A stretch of 64,000 nt of DNA, taken from contig JAQGDQ010000329.1 of the NCBI GenBank assembly GCA_030141605.1, forward strand, positions 124,001-188,000, read 5' to 3'. The notes beneath the pieces were generated by a model, which saw only the letters and a list, made by a program, of their open reading frames with translations, was not told the origin of the DNA and made no database searches. Positions 38,456 to 64,000 of this stretch are shown piece by piece. Source of the DNA: Tubiluchus corallicola. Lineage: Eukaryota; Animalia; Priapulida. How positions within the stretch are numbered: the stretch's first letter is position 1; each line of letters begins with the position of its first letter. Position numbers and translations under genes: made by a program.

Positions 38456-38855
38456 TAGGGGTGAGCATCGAACGTTCGAATTCGATTCGAACGAGTTTTT
38501 TTAGTTCGAACTCGATTCGAATCCAAAACTATAGATTCGAATAATTCAGCACTTCAATCACATATGTTCTTTATCACTAAAATGATCGAAACATCATGCA
38601 ATAGCGTGATTTAGCTGTGATTTCTATGCACAATTTTATACCAATTACTAGTCGTTTTATTGTAGAACAAAATCTAGTGACATGCATGATCTTTGTAAGA
38701 CTAATTTTTACTGGTGGTTCGAAAACTAGTTCGAAAATCTTTCAATCTCAATTCGAATTCGGTTCGAATTCGAAACACTGAAGTTCGGTTCGATTCGAAA
38801 GTCACAAATTCGGGTCGATTCGAATTCGCTTTCTGGTAGAGAATGCTCACCCCTA
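38456..38855. mobile_element. hAT-superfamily MITE, 400 bp
   Basis: Perfect 13-bp TIRs TAGGGGTGAGCAT, a perfect 8-bp TSD ATGCACAC (38448-38455 and 38856-38863), and many subterminal TTCGAA motifs. Confidence 0.92.
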
Positions 38856-38999
38856 ATGCACACCATACGTTATCAAAGGGTAACAACAAGCCAAGACTTA
38901 ATGAATCTTGTGTGAGTTTTAATGTGGTTTATGTGGTTTCTCCACCCCTCTCCACTTGTAAGGGCAAACGATGAAATCAATTGCATTGATTACACTGTA

Positions 39000-39770
39000 C
39001 CACCTTTATTCTTCTTCACAATTTACTTTATCAAATTCCTTCAAAATGCTTTCCTCGCAAAACAAATAATCATTTGCATACTTGGATGATTTCATCAATT
39101 TTCCACTACAACAGCTTTCAACATCCTCTATTGAGATTTCACCTCGATTTTCTCTAATCCTTTTACATTTGCTACAAGTAAATAAATGTTCTGTTGTCTC
39201 TAATTAACTATTACAATGGGACACATTAAATTTCTTATAAATGAAGCCTTAAAATTTGCTTTTACTTTGACCATTATGTCCTAAGTCCACAAAATGTTTT
39301 TAACTCCTACATTTACAAAACGAATTTTGTAAAATAATCCTTCTGTTCCCATTTATTACTTTCCAGAAATCTTAATTTTGTGCTCTTATTTATATTTTCA
39401 CTGCATTTGTCTTGTATTACAGATGTCATTTCAAATTTTACACATTTTCCCACTCTGATTGCTTTTGATTTTTTACATATGGCTTGTCCATATTAAGTTC
39501 ATAAATGTCTGCTATTTTTCAATTTCACTATACCAATTACCATCATATCGGTACTTCATTTGCTACCTTTCACTTCCTGATATTAAGAGAATTCTGTAAA
39601 GCATAATTTTTTGTAGCAAATATGCTCTTCAGTTGGTTATATTCCCAATTCTGATATTAACCCCCAGTAACTTGTAGTTATAGCCATTCCCAACGTAATT
39701 CTTCCTGACTTGTCTTGAATGCTTTCCAATTCAAACCCATTTCTTTTCATGTTTGACCACGTTTCAGAAT
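39000..39770 (-). mobile_element. Heavily decayed LINE ORF2 3' region
   Basis: The minus strand gives a CCHC-knuckle-like C...C N..LETTEHLFTC (~39170-39225) and a WGLISELG-like segment (~39640-39668), with many stops and frameshifts. Confidence 0.5.
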
Positions 39771-40499
39771 TATTAATGATGGTATTGCAAGTGATTCATA
39801 GTTTCTACTGGCATGAATCTACATTACTAATACTCGCTAAGCGGCTAAGGAGTTAATTGCTGATTTTATTATGTTGGTTGTCGAAAGACAGAAGTCATAT
39901 AAATCTGAGGCTCGTCATCATATGTTCATTATTGTTGATGTATATGTATAAAAAGTATGTACATTAATTGTCCCTCAACATAAATTTAATAGTTGACGAC
40001 AGGATGGCAGCTGAAACTGTCAAAAAGAAATTTTCTTAGCTGCTATAATCACCCTTCATGCAGTAATGAAGCCAGACATTCCTAATTTTAGGCTGCTAAG
40101 CATACTCGGAGTGTGTGACCAATGTGCAGCTCACATCATCTTCAGTGTGTCAATATCTTACTTTATATAAACTCATTTGATAAAATTTATAGTATCTATA
40201 GTAAGCAACGTAATACTGTTTCACCGGCTGAGAGATTTCTAGCTGCAAATTACTGGCTGCACTGTGGATGCTTCCAGTCGCAAGTTCAAGACCTAAACAT
40301 TCTCTGCACATTTTTATACACGTAGTTTGACAGAATGAAAACCGGAATCCAGCTTTCAAAGGAAAGGCCTACTCATCAAGATCTTTGTTATGTGACTGCA
40401 ACCTGGTTCATTATGAAATAAATTTATCCCTCTAAACTAGAATGATGTGTAATACTATTGTTTAAACTGTGCTCAGACTCAGCTACGTTATTGCTGTTG

Positions 40500-40680
40500 C
40501 TGGCAGATTCAGAGGCTCAGAGCGACCCACCCCTATTAAAGACTGTCACGATTGTGATGTGGCCGACCTTGTGAATCATCCAATCGTAAGCCGTTTGTGA
40601 ACTCAAAATGGCAGCCACCTGGAATAGGAAGATTATGTTTAGTGCGGACATACATTGAATTAAAACAAGTTAAGCTCGGT
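40500..40680 (+). promoter_or_regulatory. Candidate SLK promoter / non-coding first exon
   Basis: Local GC elevation, CCAAT (~40580) and a YY1-like CAAAATGGCAGCC (~40605-40617). The first coding exon has an upstream splice acceptor at 45920, so an upstream exon must exist. Its position here is inferred. Confidence 0.4.
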
Positions 40681-41289
40681 GTACTTACTTAGGATTTTTT
40701 ATTTAATGAGCAGTCATACTTTAATAGTGTGAATATTACTTCGAAATACATAGTATAAATTTATATAGAAGTGTGCTGTGAAGCATTAATTTTTCTTTCA
40801 TTTTCTATAAAATCCGCGTTCCAAAAAGGTAAAAATGTTTACATGTTGATGTTATAGTGTCAGTTATTCGTGTGCGATTGTGATATTACTGCATTACTGT
40901 AAACAGCAAAATGTGCGATATAAATATGGTTTGTATTGCCGGATATATCTATCGTTATGAATAGGTTATTTGATTAAAAAGCCAAGAAAATGCTAAAAAA
41001 ACAAGAACTTTAATCGCTTGTTTCACAAGTTTGTAAATGAATATGAAGTCTTCTAAGCGCTGATTAAATATAACCCAAAATATCAATACTTGTTTGGTGT
41101 AACACTTGTAATTTCAATACAAGACTTTGAAGCGTGTGCGCGTAAAATGTAACAGCTAAAGTAACATCAATGATACAGATTCTAAAGTAACGTCTTAAAC
41201 CCGCTTGTTAAAACAACAGTCATAAAACAACTAGGCATATTGTGTATAATAATAGGACTGTCATGTAAATGTAGATTGCAAATAGAAAA

Positions 41290-41690
41290 AGTACATAAAA
41301 AAGAAAAATAATCCACTAATCAATGAAGAATTTAGAAATAATAGCTACAAAAAAAGGTAAATTTTGCAAATGCATAACTAAAAACGAAAAATAATGCACT
41401 AGTCAAAACAGACTTTAGAAATAAAAACTGTCATAACACTAGTTTCACAAAAAAGGTAAATTTTAGCAAAAGTGTGGTAACTAGAAAAGGAAAAATAATC
41501 CAAGAAAAGTTTTAGGCAGGACTTTTACCATTAAACAATAACTTCATGATACTGCTGGATCAGGTCTATCTATCATTATTCAGGTGTTATATCAAGTGTT
41601 CTATCATTATTTGTTAAACAGGGTGGTACGTAACCCTTTGCTGGGGACAGTAAAAAAGGAAAAATAATCCAAGAAAAGTTTAAGGCAGAA
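41290..41690. repeat. Degenerate local direct repeats (aaaaataatcc..., acaaaaaaggtaaatttt)
   Basis: Blocks recur at ~41300, 41385, 41485 and 41655. Confidence 0.55.
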
Positions 41691-41709
41691 CATATACTGT
41701 GAAATGCAA

Positions 41710-42785
41710 CATAGGCGTATGAGGTCGGGGGAGGGGTGCATGTCCTTCCAGGGAAAATGAATTGTGCATTTTCAGGGCAAAAACTGGTTATTTTCAAGGT
41801 AAATAATTCTGTTTTAAAATTTCAAAATTTAAGATTTCAGTATTCAAAATTTGCTTGCGTACTACACTACAGCTTTGTATTGGCTGCAGTTAAAGTGTTT
41901 CTTGTATGACGAATTGTTCTAAGTTTTTAAAAAATTTTAATGTTAATAATAGTGCCTACTATCAATTTTAGTTCCCTAATACATTTTTTAAGTACATCAG
42001 GATTACGCACATGTTTGCAAAAGGAAAACTTAGATAGTCACCATTATTTCTTTTCAATTTCCGAAACGTTAGAAAAGTAATGCATTTTTGCTCAGTGAAA
42101 ATGCATTGGTTGTGTCCTGTTAGACTCATGTTTTTTTAGTAAATGTTGTTATAATTTGGACTTCTTGCATTTGTATACTTTCACTGTTGCAATTGCTATA
42201 GAGTGTCAAAAAATGATTGCTTCCATTGTGCAAAGGAAATCAAAAAGACTAGATAAAAGCTGATAAAACTATTATAAAGAGCATTTAATTTTGAGTGAAG
42301 AACACTTATCTTATTATCCGTTATTCACTGCATTGAGTGCCAGAAATGAGCAGGGATACGATTCACGTTGGTTTCTCACTGACAAAAGTGTCATCACTTA
42401 TGTCTCTCTTCCCGTTATTAATTTTTGATCTATGACAATGGTGAGGGAAAAGAACTTTAAAAAACACATCAAAGAAAATATTGTAATGAGTAAAATACAG
42501 TAAAAAAGACGTTTACATCTACTTGCGATTGCTTTTATGTATAACGAAGCTGTCATTTCCCGACACTCTGCGTCTGTTATATTGAATAAAAATAGGTATA
42601 AATACAAATAAACATAAACATATAGACCTATAAGTGTAAGTACTTTGTTTTTAGTCTGTAACGTACATAATTATCTAATCCAATGTTTGCACTTATTTGG
42701 AAATTACTCAGACTAAGGCAAGTTAGAAAATTTTCAGGGCAAATTACTTCCCCCCCCCTGTGAAACTTCTTCCTGTATGCCTATG
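41710..42785. mobile_element. Probable old non-autonomous DNA transposon
   Basis: Terminal inverted match CATAGGCGTA / tatgcctatg (9/10), G-run and C-run subtermini, and partly matching flanks (aaatgcaa / aaatgatg). Confidence 0.45.
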
Positions 42786-45700
42786 AAATGATGACATCAT
42801 GATACTGCTGATTCAGGTAGAGAAAAAAATGAGAAATTGTTCTCTCCACATATTCTGACATTTTAGATTATTCATAAAATAACGGGTATCTTCAGTTTTA
42901 ACGGGTATGATCAAAGCAGTTCAACTAAAGAACTCAAGAACTTCAAATGCATCTTGCAAATGTCGCACGAGACCTGTATATTGAATATCGATCAATGGTA
43001 TGTTTTTGCATCATCTTAACATAATATTAGCATCCACTCTGTCTTTCAAGATAGTTCCAATATGTTTTACAGGGTTGAGGTTCTGTGAACTTTAAGGCTA
43101 GTCAATTTACTTGAACAATTAATCTCAGAGCTTTGAAAAAATTATCTCAGAGTTTTTAAGTCCCTGTTCTAACCATGCTGCTCAAGACTGCAGCTGTGCA
43201 AAATGCATGAAGCTTTCACATTAATATTTGGTCTTTATAATTAATTACATTACAATTTGGTATCTTCAGACATTAATCTATCATAGTGATCACTCACTAT
43301 CTCTTTTTACTGACCTTTTTAAATCCTGCTTAACTTGATCTATCTTTAACTGATTCAGGGTATGTTGTTTCCTTATTTTTTCTTTTTTTACTGACAAATC
43401 ACTATAATAAGCTCTGTTTTCAGATTGGTTTGCAGCAAAGTGGCATGTTTTCAAACAAAATTTTAAATTATCATTTTTAGACCAATAGACTAAAATATTC
43501 AGCCTCTGGTGATAATCTTGTTCAATTACTATGTAACTGTAATGCTATAATATTATGCAATAAGTGTTGTGTCGAAGTTGTTGTATTAAACTTGAGTGTA
43601 TCATAGATTGGCTACTTTTCGTTTACTAATACTTTGATGTAAATAATTATATATTAATATCTGATCATTTTAGAATCCATCATTTGGCCTTGCTAGATTC
43701 TGCACATTTATGTCAATTGTTTTCTTGATACGTCTTTTTATAAACTCACTCGAAACAAGGTCACTGGTCACTCAAGGTAAGGTGCTACAGTTAGAAAAAG
43801 TGAAATCACGAATACAGGTCAAGAGAATGCTAGTGTAGGAGATACCTGTTGACCGCTATTTACAGAGTGATAGCATTCCACCCAGTTTATCAGCACAGAA
43901 TTGTCATTCAATTTTTTTACTTTTATATACCATTATAGAGGATAGTTTTAGTTCTACTAACCCATCCTACGCGTGTTTTCCCTTTCCACTTCCCTCTCAC
44001 AACTAACATTTCTGGTCTTTTGTGTGCCTAAGCCTTTTCCACTTCTCTGTCAAAATGCACAAGGTCCTTTTTAATTCTGGCAGTCAGACAAAATATTATT
44101 CATTTTGTGTGCTGTTGTGTAGAATTTGAGTGTTTTTTTGTAATAATATATTTTGTAATGGCATTTTGTTTGTTGAGGAAAATAAATATATTACAGTATT
44201 AAGTTTCTCATCGAAGCAAACGAGTTTGTATTTATTGTGCAGATAATTTTCTGGAGATGAATTATGTAGTGAAAGGTTGCAGTACAGTCACAGCAAGAAT
44301 TTCAAAAGAAAAAACTGGATTTATAAGCTGCTGTTTTGCACAAAATTCATTTTTTGGCTTACATTCATTTCAGTTTCCAAGTGTGATGTAACTATGTTCT
44401 ATTTTGAAAGACTAAATGCACAAGTTTCTAAATGGTGTTCTTAAGGTTTAAATTTTTTGGTATCGATAGCAACGGCTTCCCCTCTTAACAACAGACATTA
44501 TCAGCATTTAATTCAAATGCACCAGCATTAGTACGCTAGTGATATATCACCAAAAATGAATTCTTATAATGCACAGTACAACATCACGTTAATCATTTTT
44601 AAACACGTCCCCGAACAAGGTCTACGTGAGCTACAGTTTTTTGTGTACATTAGTGTCTACATAAGCTGGCTCGCATTAATGATGCTTGCATGTTTCTTCC
44701 AAGAACTGCAATAAATGGGCTTATTGGTTTGTTTCTTATAATCATTTAAAACTTCATGTATTCACAGAACTTAACCTTGCAAGGGAGAGAACAATTAAAA
44801 TGTAGTAAGCCTATTCTGCTTTCCACTCAGCATTATTACGACTAGCCAGAATTGACACATTAATCCTTTTGATGTCTCATTTTTGTGTTTGTTGTTAAGT
44901 GCCAGGCTGCAGTAGTTTTTAGTAAAAACCATTTTGCTTTTTTGATTGGTGAACATGCTAGCATAGCATTGTCATGCATTATCATTAGAATTTCATCATA
45001 TGTTAATAGATCTATGTGTTTTGTAAGAAAATGACAGCTTACTACTTTGTTGTTTATTGTTTACAGAGCCTTATTTTGACTAACTGATTCACGGCATAAA
45101 AATTTTTTAATATAAACCTGACGTTCGGTAAAAACTTAGCCTTTGTGAATTTATGAAAAATGTAATATAATAACCAATTAAACTATATTTACTTGTAAAT
45201 GAAATAAATGTTTATTGCTCATTCATGCAATGCATTATTATCGATTTAGTTCTTTCATTACATCGGTGAATTAGAATGACTAGACTAGCAGAGCATAACA
45301 GATTTAATAATAGTCTTATGATAGTGTAGCTGTGCCTAATAATATCGATGGAATAAAGCAAAAACGAAAGTGCTTTTGTTTCAATTTCTAAAAATTTCTA
45401 AAATTTCTAATATCACTTTCTAAAAATAAACTTTTTACTTACAAGTTCTGAAAGTAAGTAATTTATTTATCACCTTTTACAAAAAAGCAGGACATGTATA
45501 TAACATAATTAAATACGAGGGCCAGTGATGATTCATATAGAAAAATAAAATTATAACGTATATAATATTGGTTAGTGATGAATGGATGACGAAAGAACTG
45601 AAAAGTTATTGTACTCAGCCATCCAGTTATGTATGTTACTGTTATAAATACATGTGCTATTAACAGTAAATTATAGTTAAACTAGTAAATGGAATTTAGC

Positions 45701-45991
45701 ATTTGAAGCATTACAATTACTTGGAAGATGATTAATTTATATTTTTATATCACACTTGAGACCTTACAATTACTTTAGACAATTAATTTATATATTTATA
45801 ATTTGTAAGCTATGTGGTTAGTCATGTAGATTATTGCTGTAGCGATGGGAAGTAAACACAAGTGAGAGGCAAAAAAGGAATTATTTCATAGTTTCATGTT
45901 CTTTGACTTTTCTTTTGCAGGCTTTTTTGCTTGGCTATTGAGACCCTAGTGCTTTATATGCTATGACAGTTCCACATCTGGTATTTTGTGA

Positions 45992-63690
<17,699 letters not shown>

Positions 63691-64000
63691 GTGATTGTTA
63701 AATCAGATGTTTTTAATTTTCGAATAACAAAGGTGGGATTATTCAGGTTTTAGTTTGGAAATTAACAATCGTAATGGCTGTTCGTTAATTTACAACCCCT
63801 GTAATTTTTTATATATCGGATAGCTTTGTTTTGTATCCTCCAGTTTTATTTTAGTTCCAATTTCAAATCAACATGATCATTACAAAGATATTCAGTTGAA
63901 AACTATGTAATATTTCTCCCCCAAAAAATGTAATGAAGCAGTCATCAAAGTGTAATGCTATTAAAATATGGTCATCACTTTCTGATGAAATGAAAAGTCG

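Overview
AT-rich, intron-containing genomic DNA from an invertebrate animal; the species cannot be determined from this window. The left 35.8 kb is a tandem segmental array. Unit A is ~81-17641 and unit B is ~17642-35830, and bases 1-80 are the end of a further upstream unit. Each unit carries a 7-exon minus-strand gene for a predicted secretory-pathway JmjC/cupin 2-oxoglutarate oxygenase (signal peptide, HxD...H triad, C-terminal EF-hand, HDEL ER-retrieval signal). An intronless class A GPCR with DQY instead of DRY is nested antisense in intron 2 of that gene. In unit B both genes are intact. In unit A the host oxygenase has four separate disabling lesions, but the nested GPCR ORF is intact and has diverged at 11 residues. 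A perfect 146-bp palindrome sits just inside host intron 6 in both units. A TE-rich spacer (36-40 kb: LINE fragments, hAT-type MITE) separates the array from a divergently oriented SLK/STK10 (Slik-like) Ste20 kinase gene. Twelve coding exons of that gene are visible at 46034-63690, and it continues past the window. All gene models and alignments were made by eye; no database searches were run.
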